Assembly (NCBI GenBank): GCA_951406725.2
Contig: OX597816.1
Span: forward strand, 94,426,001-94,490,000
Direction of reading: 5' to 3'
Length of the DNA stretch: 64,000 nucleotides
DNA from: Octopus vulgaris
Lineage: Eukaryota
The translations under genes were made by a program, and so were the position numbers. This document shows, piece by piece, positions 12,601 to 26,082 of the stretch. Below the pieces are notes generated by a model. It was not told the DNA's origin and did no database searches. It saw nothing but the letters and a program-made list of their open reading frames with translations. Numbering within the stretch: the stretch's first letter is position 1; each line of letters opens with the position of its first letter.

Positions 12601-15600
12601 CCAGCAGAACACCAGCCAAGGAGGGAATGTCAAATACTTGACCTATTTGTAAAAGCACACAAATTTCCATCAAATCGCAACCAATCGTCTTTTTAAAAAA
12701 AAAATGTTTGGACGGCTGAATCGCTTTTGAAGATTTCCGTCAGAACTCCTCTGAGGTGTAAATAACAACTGTAGTACACAAAAATCCAGGCAGATCAACT
12801 GCAACCATTTCATCGGACTGGGAATGGCTTGCAAATGTCATGAATGCAGCCCTCCTTTCCTTCGGTTTGTAGTGATCCTATACAACGGCGCGCGCTCGCG
12901 CACCGTCCATTTGTATTTCGCGCGTGCGGGGTTGGTGCTTTCACCACCGGAAGAAGAACCCTTTTGCCTACGTAGCAGTTAGCCGAGGCAAGGGGGTCGT
13001 AAGACGTTGACCACCAGCGTCCAGCAAGCAGCGACTTGAGAGAGCAGCGACTGAAGGCGACGGTCACGTATATTTTTTCTCCGTCCGAACTTGATTCTAG
13101 CAGCACCATACCAAAAGGCCTTTAACCAAATTGTTGCAGACCACATCTTCTCCCTGTTCCGGACGCCATCTTTGACCAGTGTCGTTTTGCATTTGAACAC
13201 TTTCTTATTTTACAGCGATAAGGTTCAGCACTGACACATTTATACCAAAGGGATACCAGATAACCACTTATTGTTACTGTTACCACATTAGAGAATAAAG
13301 TAGTATATATATCTTTTACGTCTGCGTCTTGTTGTTTCTGACTGGTAGAATTCTGGATTATTAAAGCAACGGCTAGTGATTGCCTCTTGTACCCCGAAAG
13401 TACAAGAGAAGATATATTCACTCACAAGTTCGTTACAGGTTAAATCATACAAATCATCGCACACAAAAGAAATATCAATGGGAACCAATTTACTCACCTG
13501 AACATTTATACATTGTGTTGACAAGTTTAACGTCATTAAAACTAAGAATTTTAGCTTTTCCAATAATATCCTGATAACGTTTATCTTTAGTTTTAATAGT
13601 CCTTTCTCCATTCACAGAGAATTCCTACAAATATATATAAGAACATGTATAATAACAATTTCTGATATAAGAAAGTAAAGAGTTTGACAGACACTGCAAA
13701 CCATTTTGTGCGACATTCTAACGATTAGAGCCGTGGATTGACAGAATCGTTAGAACGTTGCAGTATTTGTTTTAGCTCTTTATGTTCCGAGTTTAAAACC
13801 CGGGTGAACTCTGCATTTCATCTCTCTGGCGTCAGTGAAACAAAATACTGGTCAAGTACTGGGATCAACTTCATTGACTAACCTCCTCCGAATTCCGAGC
13901 CTTATGCTAATATTAGAAATATAAGAAAGTAGTAGGTCAGGGGAATAGCTAGTACTCCAGATAAAATGCCTTGTGGTATTTATCTCGGCTCTTTACGTTC
14001 AGAGTTCAAATTTTGCCGAGGTCAACTTTGTCTTTCATACATCTGGGGTCGATAAAATAACGGACGAGACAAGTATGAAACTGATATCGACTGACCCATC
14101 TCCTCAAATTTGTTAACCGTGTGCCTAAATCAGAAACCATAGGTGGTGGTGGCGGCGGCAGTGGTGGTGGTGGTGGCGGCGGCAGTGGCGGTGGTGGTGG
14201 TAGTAGTAGAGCTGGAAGAATCGTTAGCACGCCGGACAAAATGTTTAGCGACATTTCTTCCAACTTCACGATCTGAGTTCAAATTCCGCCGATGTTGACT
14301 TCGCTTTTCATCCTTACGGATCCGATAAATAAAAACCAGCTAAGCACTGGGGTCGATGTAATCATCTAGCCCCGTACTCACAAAAACATTTTCAGGCTTT
14401 GTGCCTCGAGTAAAATTATTATTAGTGCCACCAAGTCCATTCCTTCACTTATGAAACAGAAACGCATACAAACATGTTAGAAAACATGTCACAGCAAGAG
14501 AAAAGTTTCATAAAAAATGAGGCGCGAAGTAAAACCATTATACAATTGACTGTGACGTACGGAAAATGTTTTATTTTTAAAATAGTGCATTTAAATGAAT
14601 AAACATTGTAGCCAGAGTATTCAACAATCACCCGTTGTCACAATTCGCTGGAATGTTACCCACGTGACAAAGAAAATTTGACCAATAACGATTTGACATG
14701 GCCTGAATATTACCCACGTGATAACAAAATCTGACCAAGTACGACTCCACGTAGAATAGACTCTAGCGGTAATTTCGACTTTTGGCGCACTCCTTTCTGA
14801 GCCCTTCAATCAATAAAAAATCGATACACACGCAACTACCAGACAGAGAGTATGAGACGACATGGTAGATGGCTGGACCGAGTTAACTTCAACATAATGA
14901 ACTACCGGTGACAGCAAAACAACGACTAGCAGTTAACTTTTTAAATACTACAATTACACTAAGATCAGTAACATCCAAACTTTCGATGTTTGTCGTTCGT
15001 AGTAACAACAGTATTTGTCTTTTGCTTGCACACGAAAAGAATAAAAGTTTGTTGTCAAAGATCTCAATAGATTTCGTCGTCGTCTTCCATGTACAATTGG
15101 AATTTTTTAAAACTAGTATACTTACGTAGGAGCCATAATGCATTATACTTCTATAGTCGTAGTTAATATCATACATGTTCATAGCTCTGTTCGTTCGTTT
15201 CTCAAAATTGTAGAAAAGTCTGTCGATGACGTTTTCTTTTATGATGGAAACATAGTTATCACGGTCGATTCGGGTCTGCTCATGGAAAAGGCCGATAGCA
15301 TGACCAAGTTCATGCAATATAATGGTTTTCTGTGATAGAAAAGAAAACAGAACGTTAGTTTAGTTGCATAAATAAAATGAGCAAAAGCTAAACCAAGCAT
15401 GCAGATGTAGGAGAGCACCGCTAAAGTCTAGTTTATTTTGATGATGAAAATTCATCAGTTTTTTTTTCCTTCTGACAATTTTCTATGCATTTATAACAAA
15501 ACTATCATCTGTTTGTGATCCAACAGAGGAGACTGTACAAGGTTGTTCGACCAGGTAGAAATAGCTATCAAATGTCTTTCGAAACACATCTCACCATCTT

Positions 15601-18600
15601 ATAAAATCATGTAATCAGTTGTAAAAGTGTAATTTTGTATAAAAATGTCCTCCGAAGAAAACAAAATATACATCAGTTTTAAAACAAGAAGTTATATAAG
15701 TTGCAGAGTAGAAAAATAACTGTTTGCATGTATGAAAAGAATTTTGTGTTTCGGAGAAAGAAGTGAGAGACTGGAGAAAGATACCAAACGAGCTTCTGAC
15801 AATGCCAAAACGAAAATGTGTTTACTGTTAGAAACCGAAGTGTTTACAATTGAAAAATGTTGCTGAGAGGATACTTGAAAGTTCTCGAGAATTTTCAAAA
15901 GAAAATTTTCGATAATTGTGTTGATGATGTATCCCTCTAAATCCATGCGCAAAAACAAGCAAATTAGAATGAAATTTAGGATTTTAAAGCAGTGATAGAT
16001 GGTTCACTTAGTTCATGAGATTGTATGATTTATTACATCTGCAGAAAACTAAGAATGCAAAAAAGCTGCTGGCTGATCTCAATTTTAAGGTGTTACAGTT
16101 TTAATAGTTGTTACGAGAAATTAGTGGAAGAAAGGTTACAAATATCATGTATTGGACACACGGACGAAATGTATACTTCTCTTGGTATGCAGAGATTTGA
16201 ACAGTGAACCAAAACGACAAAAAGTGTACTTTCTCAGTAAAACGTTCTAAGCTAAAACCAATGGTTGTTTTAAGAGAAAAACTCCATAAAAGGAGAAATT
16301 TCGAAAAGGAATTGTCTCTCACGGGCATCCAAAAGGATGGATGTAGAAAAGGGATTAAGGAAGTTTAGAATTGACGATCTTGTGGACTACAATATGAAAA
16401 GAGTTTCCTAATCTAGGACCCTTTTAAAACATATCTGGTGAAAAACGTTGATAATCTCTGATCGCATAACACTAACAAAGCTGTAATTCCCAGCGGACTT
16501 ACATGGAAGAATGCAATATGCAGGCCCCATTACTGTTTTGTTTTTTTTTTCCTCTGAATAGATCATTGATTCACAAAGGGCAATAAGATCTGTCACAATT
16601 CTCAAATCGTTCGAGATAATGTAGTGTTTTGAAATGGATGGTGCAGAAGATCATGGAATGACATAGATGATGTAGATGACGTGCTGTCTCTGACTATGAA
16701 AAGTTTAAGTGAAGATGATCCTTGTGATAATAGCATTCATTCTAGTAATTAAGAAGCTTTATTCAGTGTTGAAGATGATTTGCAGTGTGCTTAATCAAGA
16801 TTTAAATTAACTTTTGCGTGTGAAATTTCTAATATGTATCATGTAATTGTATTTTAAATGTATACTAAATTTCTACTTCACTTTTTGTATGGATAAATAA
16901 AGGTTTACTGATTTTTTTTTTTTTTGGTTTCCATCGCCATCGTTTATTTTTGTTTGTTTTATATTTTATGATTTTTAAACTACATTGAATTTATTAAAAA
17001 TTAAAGTATAACAAAGAAAATGGAAGTCCTTAATCCAGCGATTAAGGACTTCCAACGTTTTCGATGGAGATTCCTGTTTGTATGAAGAATGTGTTGTGCT
17101 TCTACATCTCTTATAAATGCTGATATTTAAAACTTCAATCTGAATTGAATGAATTAGAAAGAAAAAAAACGAAGAACTGATATAATGTCCCTGTGATGGA
17201 TGTGAGTTTAACAACGAAATTGAAGATGTGGTTGTAGAATTATGTGTGAAACACATCGACATTGTGTATATTATAATGGTACTTTAGTGGTACGATACAA
17301 ATATTTGTTGTAAAATCATTTCATTAACCTATATCTTTATTGTTTTTAGTATAAGGAATGCGATCAAAAGTGCGATTGTAAATATTTAAACGTATGTGGC
17401 TTTATTACTGGTTGTTGTTACTTAGTAGGACGTGTTTTGATGCGTAAAATCGGTATTATTACTGTAATTCATTATATATGCAATATTAAATCTTTGAGCG
17501 AGAAGTAAACAATAGTAGTACGGAATCGTAAAATATAATTGCCAACTAAATGTGGCGGTCTCATAGTGCACGATGCTACTGTTGTTTTTAGCCCCAGGAG
17601 GACATACTGTCTGTGTCCGATTAGTATTTGCGAGGGGAAATCCTCGTTCCCATCTCTAGCCTTACGTGATACACTCAGATCCGGGTTTCTGAGTAGTAAC
17701 CCGTCATCAGTGTGTGATAATCACGAGCTAGTGATGAAAACTTATTCCACACGCAAAATACTATATGCTTTTTCCAGTGACAAACTGTCGCTGATCTTGA
17801 AAAAGGAGAAATAAGCAATATTAACTCTCTGAGCGGAAATGAGTTTTCATCACTAGCACTGGTAACTATTCAGAAACCCGGGTCTGTGTGTATCACGTAA
17901 GGCTAGAGATGGGAACGATGATTTCCTCTCGCAAATACTAATCGAACACAGCGTGTCGTTAGCCAGCTGGAGGAGATGTCCTCCTAGGGCTAAAAACAAC
18001 AGCAGCATCGTCCTCTATGGGACCGCCACATTTAGTTGGCAGTTATATTTCATTATATGTGTTTTTCTGTTTAAAGATTATTTCGGCTTTTGGTGCTGAT
18101 TCAAGCGTGAGTTTCAGCTCCTCAAAAATAGTATAAATGTAATAGCTGACCCTATAAATTTAACCTTCAAAAATGATTTTAAGAAATATACTTTTATACG
18201 ACTATATGTGGTACAGTTTTTGAATTTTTGCTTTAATTACTGTTTTGAGAATCACCTGTATAGTTTCCCATGTAATATAAACTGAGGTGGACCCTACCGA
18301 TAAAGAATACAACCTTTTTGCTCCAGCCAATGTCTCAAAGTGTGATAGCTAACTTCAAGGAATATTATCAGAGAAGTTTTACTATTAATCTTTGAATCAG
18401 ACAAAACACATTCTATGTAATTCTAAGAAAGTGGTGTAGCGAGTGATATGTAGAGTATGCTTACCGCACGAAGCAGTCACTTTGGTCACAGCACAAGGTG
18501 GCCAATTTATTTACGTCTGTTTGCTTTAATGGAAGATATGTCATGTAGAAAAAAGGAAGGAGGAGCGGTAGATTTGGCTACCGCACAATGCAACCGAAAC

Positions 18601-21600
18601 CGATGCTATGTGACAAGTCAATTCTTTCCTTTTATTTAAAACCTAACCATTGTTTTAAGAACTGTTTTAAGATGTAAAAAAGTTTTGCAAATATTATAAC
18701 AAAATAGAATATCAAATATTAAAACATTTAACTTAGGGTTCCATGCGTTGCTTGAATTTGATAATATTTTAAAATCGGAACATCATAAAATGATTAAAAC
18801 TAGCACAAAACTTACCACTCGGCAATTCTTTGCAAGTAAAACGTCTTGGGATGTGGGTTGCATTCCGATGAAAGAACTACACCTTTTAAAGAAACATATT
18901 TTTTGGTATAAAAATTCATGTTCAGTTAAACATATTTTAATAAGGTAAGGGTTATATGTACATAAAACATTCCATACTGTAAAGAATGTACAAAATATTT
19001 CATATTGAGAAAGATGTATATAATGCTATCCAATGCAATAGAAATATATAAAATACTCCACAGTGAAGAATATATAAAATTTTACATATTGAAAAATGTT
19101 TGAAATACTCTACAGCGAAGGAAGTATAAAATATTCGGGAATTCCAGGTTCTACTGTCCGATAGAGATATTTTTCAAAATAAATACTTGGCAGTTCAATT
19201 TATACGAGATAAAGTGTATGCAGCATTTCCGTAATATTTTATACATTTACGAGACGTTTTATTAGTGAGGCTTTGAGGAGTGATGAGAAGTTAGGGTTTG
19301 GTTTTAGGGCTTATGGTAGCGAGCTCCCAATCTTTACACGAGTAAGCACCCTTTTATTTAAATGAATTTTTCTATGGACTCAGTCTTTTGAAAGGTCTGT
19401 CTACTTAAGCCAATTTTATTAACAAACGACAAACTCGTTTTCTTAGTCACATCCTTCAATATTTCTAACTGAACAATTATACGTAACTTAACAAATATAC
19501 ATATCACATTGAAGCCTTTTAAAATTTTAAACACACTTCAAGGACTCTCAGTAGTGCATTTGTGAACCCCACAGGAGTCTGTAGATCTCATTTTGGAAAC
19601 TGCTGCTCTAGGATAAGTGGTTAAGGTGAGCGCTTTTGCGATAGTAATTTGAAAAACTTACGGAATCCTTGGAAAGATAGGATGGTCGCGATTTGAAGAC
19701 TATAGTTGTGTCAAAACTGAATCTTCCTACATGTAACAACAGTTGTTCAAAATAACTCAGCAATGGTCGGAGACTTAATGATGTCGTGAAGAACAGGCTC
19801 CTGACAGCATACATCACGGACAAGTCCTGGTGACGGCACTGCATTGTTTGATTATTCTGGTCTGGTTCTCCAGAAAATATCGCTTAGTTCTTTGTCTTCA
19901 AAAGATGAGAGCTCTTCTATCTATTTTCATGATCTTTCTAGCTTCCCTTATCTTCTTTGTGTTATCGAGAAAGATCTTTTCCTAACAGCTTGCGGTTGTA
20001 GTATTGCATTTGCTAATGGTATTGATGCAATTATTATTGTTGCTGGTACTGACACTGGTATTATTGCCGCTGTTATTGGTATTTTATTTTGACTAACTTG
20101 AAAGGCAAAGTTGAGTATTTTGTGCGCCTCTAACGATTCTACCAATCCACTGCTCTTCACAATTGTTTCTGACATAGGCACAATGTCAGAAATTTGCGGG
20201 AGACGTTAATCGATTAAATTGACTTCAGTACATGATAGTTTCTTTAATTTATCGACTTGGAATAAGTTCTAACGAACACATAGTTTCAAATGAAAGAGGC
20301 GAAAGTCTAGGATTCGACAAGTGTTTTTTTTTTATATCAGTCTGAAAGTATGAAAGTCAAGGTTAAAATCGATGGGATTTCAATTTAATAATAAAAATCC
20401 TGAATGAATACCGCAAGGTGTTTGATCCGACGTTCCGGCGTCCATACCAACCAATACTTTTTCTTTCTCTGCCATAGGCACGAGGCCTGAAATTTTGTGG
20501 GGAAATTTTGTAGTCAATTATATCGACTCCTGTGCTCAAATAGTGCTTATTTTATCGGCCCCGAAAGGATGAAAGGTAAAGTGGACCTCGGCAGAATTTA
20601 AACTTAGAACGTAAAGTCGGAAAACATGTTGCTAAGCGTTTTGTCTGGCGTACTAACGATTCTGACTGATCACCGCTTTAAGTAATTCTTTTTAATATAG
20701 GCACAAGGCCTGAAATATTAGGAGGGAGAGAGAGTCGATTATATCGACCCACATGGCTCGACTGGATGAAAAGCAAAGTCAATCCCGGCGGCATTTGAAC
20801 TCGTGCTAACGATCCTGCCAGTTTGTCGCCCTAGCAATCATTAACATGAACAAAAGTTTCAACTTACCCCATACCGTTTCTGAAGGAAATCTTGTGTTTA
20901 TCTTGACTATTAGCTTTCCGGAAATTAATACACGTTAATGCATTCCAATCGTCCATAGCACTCTGAACTTCAAGCTTCTGTTCTTTAGTAACTGTCAAAA
21001 GATGAAGAAAAAAGAAGTGAAGATTATGCACTAATTCAATAATATTTTAATGAAATAACAATCAAAGACTACAACCCCAAGGCTTCATTAGAAAGTTACA
21101 GCCATGTAATCAGTTATAAGGATGGTATCGCACATGGTATACAATATATACATATATACACTCATATTGGATCTTTTCGGTTTGAACGGCAGTTTTTCTA
21201 GCGGTGTCATATGAAATTGTCACCCATAATTATGTCCCTAGAATCGATCTATTGCATTTCAATCTCTTTTAGGGTTAGGGTTAGGGTTAGGGGTGGGGGA
21301 AGGGTATCTTTTTTTTTCTTCACAAATGTAAATAAACCCAATCTGTTTCTTAAACGAGGGACATATTCATACGGCACATAATGCTTTTTAACTCAATAGA
21401 CGTCACTGATTGGTTGAAATTGCAGAAATTGAAGAAATTAAAGACCAAATATGTTACAAACAACTGAATTTTCTCAATAAAGCCAAGAGAAAAAGATGTT
21501 TTATAAATACATTCTACCAGTATAAGAAGTTAAAAATTTTTTAGTTACTTAGAAATTACCTTTAATTACATTTTGAAAACTGTTGATGGCAACTACATAC

Positions 21601-22479
21601 ATTATACCTATGTATATAACATGTGTGAAGTGGTCAAAGTGTTGCACTCACGATCGCGGTTTCGATTCCCGGACCGGCAGTGCATCGTACTCTTGAGTAA
21701 AACACTTCATTTCGTGTTGCTCCAGCCCACTCGTCTGAAAACGAGTAACAACACCACGGACTGGCATTCCGTGAAGGAGGAATATTGGCTTACTTGCCAT
21801 GCCAGCGGGATGGCATCATTCGAAAGCTACGACAAAGCGATGAAGTGCGTTGTGACCAGCGGTGTATAACAGCATCCAACAGTCTGATAAATACGGTGAC
21901 ATATGTAATTATGTATATACCTTAATACGTAATGGTTTCAGTGACTTTCATACGATATTTGTGTTGGTTACCAGCAGAATAATGATTTCCGCGACAATTT
22001 AAAAAATAAAGATTGGCAATTCGTAATTTCGCCTTAATTGTTGATGGTTATTGCGAACATGATGGTTATTACGACTCATCGACCATTAAACCGACACTGA
22101 CAAAATAGCAACCCGGTCAGCTGTGACTACTAAAAATTACAACAAAACAGTACATCAGTGTGTAAACTTACAGTAATCTCCATAGGTGTAAGGAATGTCC
22201 TTGGTTTTCCAGCGAAACATTAAAGGACGGATGGCCTTCCGTTTACCTCGAGTGTTATTTCTAGTAAATCAATAAATTGTAAATTACTGTCAAATGAATT
22301 TAGACATCACAAAATAAGTTAAAGCTTTAGATATATGTACAAAATGGTAGTCTTTGACGTGTTTTTATGAGATATTGGCGACATAAAATGAGATATAACT
22401 TGCCGGCAAATTGAATTTGCAAAATTTCGTTTTGCTAACAACCTTAGAAACAACATGTATGCAACATTTCTCTGTGTGA

Positions 22480-22542
<63 letters not shown>

Positions 22543-25500
22543 GAGTAATTTTTAATGGATTAATCAATGGAGAAATGGCAGCACCCTTGACTTTTACAGG
22601 ATATCTGAAAATGGTGAAGTAAAGGACCACTAAACTACGGCCGCTCATAGATTGATGCAGTAAAAAGCTGTGCATCAAGATATCTTCAAACGAAAGACCC
22701 GGTCTAAATGCTTGCAACAGAGTGGAATCCACTAAAGGCAGCCAAAGACTAAGTAATGGTGTTAAACCGGGTGACTAATCAGGTCCATCTTGCTAGAATA
22801 GATACATTCAAACCCAATTCCTATCTACCCCATGTCACTCACAAAGCTTGTGTCAGCCCAGTATAGAAGATACTCTTCCAAAGTATCGTGTGTACATTGA
22901 GATCAAACTTGAAGACACATAATCGCGAAGAGAACTTTTTAGCCACATAGTCTTTCTTGTATCGGAATGAAAGAAACGACGGAAGTTATGGGAAGGAGAA
23001 CTAACGTAATGGAAGAGTCAAAAAAGAACATGTGTAAATTTAAAGAAAGATATACAAGAAAATATTTTTTAAATCTTTAACCCTTTGACTTTATATGAAT
23101 TACTGCTTTCAACAATGGATAAAAATTCATTTTATCCAAATCAAAAGAGGCCATACAATCAGTTCTTGTTACTGAATTCTGTACAATTAAGTTGATGAAC
23201 GATAAATTCACTAGTATAGTTATTCCCAAATTTTAATCACGGTACACTGATACTGTTTTTTAAAAGAAACTGCAGAACCTGTTTTACCGGCAGCCCTCTG
23301 ACACCTCAATTTTAATATGTCATTAAATGGAACAAAATTTGTTTTAGGGAAGGGATTTTCGTGTACAAAAAAAAAACACAAAAAATTTAATTATTTTGAA
23401 AATAGGGAATAACGATCTTTATCAAATAAATTTTCATTAAATTTCATTAAAAGGCACTTTATCACACAGTACACTAGAATTTTATCGGGGAACCACACAG
23501 AGAAACACTTTAATAGATGGGTCCTGCTGTCAGAGAACCTTAACCCAGAATCTCAAACAAACAAAGCAATCATTAGTTCTATGTAATGTTTCTGCTAACC
23601 CTTGATGTTTGGTCGCAATAATCGAGCAGATCTATGATCAAAAGCTTCCTCACCAAGATTTGCCATCAAATAAACGAACGATAAATATTCGGTTGTATTA
23701 GAAGTTAATTTATTACTGCTAACATTCATAGTTCTTATACGTAGTGTTTACATCTAATTTAAGTTCAAGTATGAAGAACTACGCAGTGGCGTTGCCTCAG
23801 CAATGCAACAGAGGTCGTTACTATGGGCACAACATTCCAAAAGTAAAATAATGAAGTAATAATAAGAAATATAACAATCCACGGGCGGCGGTGTAGCGTA
23901 AGGTTTGCTGACTGTACAGGGCAACCACTTTATATTGGTATATTTTAAAGGAAGTAGGCGGCTAATTTAACAACGACAAGAGAGGTCACAACCTACGTTA
24001 TGTCCACGGGTTAGGGGATGCGCCTTACGTCACTGGATCTACAAGAGTAACACAATCAGTACAAATTAATTATGGTGTCTGCCATGAAATGTAACCTTAC
24101 ACACATTTTATTGACAATGAGAATTACATATATTTGTACCATGTTAGATTTTGAGTGTGGTACTGATAGTTGCCCAAAATAACCCTATTACAATCAAAGA
24201 GGTTACATTTGATATCGTAACTAGAAGAGACGAAGAGATTAATATATTTGCTCTTGCGTTAGCCACTTACACTATACTGATAAGGTGTGTTAACAAATAA
24301 AATTTTAATAAAATATAGATATATATATGTAATCACCTCTGCATGAGATCTCGCCAAACATCAATAGTAAACATCATATCCATTTCGGTTTTCACAATTC
24401 CGTTGCTTGAATCGTATATAAAACCTATCTCTCTGCCTAAAATGAAATCAATTTGAAAAGAAATCAATTGTAGCCACATAATTGGTTTTAAAAGTCATAA
24501 AATCCACCGCGCCAAGAAGATTCCCCAAATGTATGACATCGTTTAATGAAGCATTTTAAACAAGCAATTTAGATCAGCAGTAGCCAACCTTTATCACGGT
24601 ACAGATATCACGGATATAGAAAAATATATGCGTACACAATTTTTCATTTTAGGTTATTAAAGAAATTATGCTATTTCACAAAAATTATATATTAAAACAG
24701 ACGTCTTTAGAATGTAATGCAGATTCTGGTCTTGTATCAAATAAAGGTAAATGGTGAAAAGGTAGGAATTGCATCTCTCATCAATACAACTAACTCGGGA
24801 AGGTGATCACTTGCTTTAATTTGTATTTGTTTTTATTCAGTCCCTGCCGAGAAGCCCTTTTCCCAGAAGTATGTATTATGAAATAGAACCAACATTTTAG
24901 ATATCTCAACAACCAGCCTTTTCATTTCAATCACTTCATTGAACATCATAGTTTATACAGAGAGTGTTTTTATTTCTGCACCATGTTTTACTACATACGT
25001 TGAATCTCAGCCTATTTAGGAGTATTCGGCGTATCAATATCTACATGAAATACATTTAACACCCTACCTGATAGTTCTATCAGCAGTTCTCTGAAGGAAA
25101 GTATTTTCTGTCTTAAAGATCAAAAGGCGAAGATGATCCATCATGATCTATGAATGCTGCTATAGTCCTCAAAATCCATATCCATCAAAGTTTCGGTGTA
25201 TAAACAAAATACAGAAGGGTAACAGCTTAACATTTTCTTCTTAAAGCCTTAACGGAACTTGAAATCCCTAGATCTTGCTAATTGCAACAAGGGGAGTTGT
25301 GATTATTCTTTTATTGTTTTTCTTCGGGTGATATATTTTCAAAAATGGAAGCTATTATAGCCCAATATGGTGTCATCGGAGAAGTCACACAGTTGGACTT
25401 TGTATTGACGAGAAATACGAAGACTTCCTTGCAGTGAATGCTGATGCAGATAGAACATATTTCGTGAACACCATTACACCTGACAGAATACTCATCATTA

Positions 25501-26023
25501 ATGCTGTCTCTTCAGTAGTTAGGGAAATACATTCGACCCAAGGAATTCTAATGTTAACAAGGAAATCATTAACTTTGTGGAAAATAGCCTTCCCTTTGGT
25601 TTCCTTTCCAATGCCAATACAACATAGACAATGTACAAAATCATAGGAAATAGACGTAATGAAGAAACTATGTACAGTTCTATATTTAAGAGATGAGGAA
25701 TTATGTACATTATTTACACCATTTACACTGTTTACATTAGACGGATATTTGTTCCTCATCTTGTTTGTTGTTAACTCAAAGTTTCGGTTGATATACCCTC
25801 CAACCTTCATCAGGTGTCTTGGGGAAATTTCGAACCTGGGTTCACATTCCTAAGGAACCTGGGTTCACATTCCTAAGGAACCTGGATTCACATTCCTAAG
25901 GAACCTGGGTTCTCATTCCTTAACCATTACGCCATATGCCCACGGGCATATGGCGTAGTGGTTAAGAGCGCGGGCTACTAACCCCAAGATTCCGAGTTCG
26001 ATTCCAAGCAGTGACCTGAACAC

Positions 26024-26082
<59 letters not shown>

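Noticed and set aside
21269-21292. (TTAGGG)4 as an interstitial telomere or fusion scar
   Set aside because: Too short, and embedded in what looks like an interspersed repeat.
25832-25920. CRISPR-like repeat array
   Set aside because: The units are contiguous without spacers, there are no cas genes, and the context is eukaryotic.
25944-26017. Possible tRNA gene
   Set aside because: The acceptor and T stems pair poorly, and it is the head of a repeat element followed by (AAT)n.
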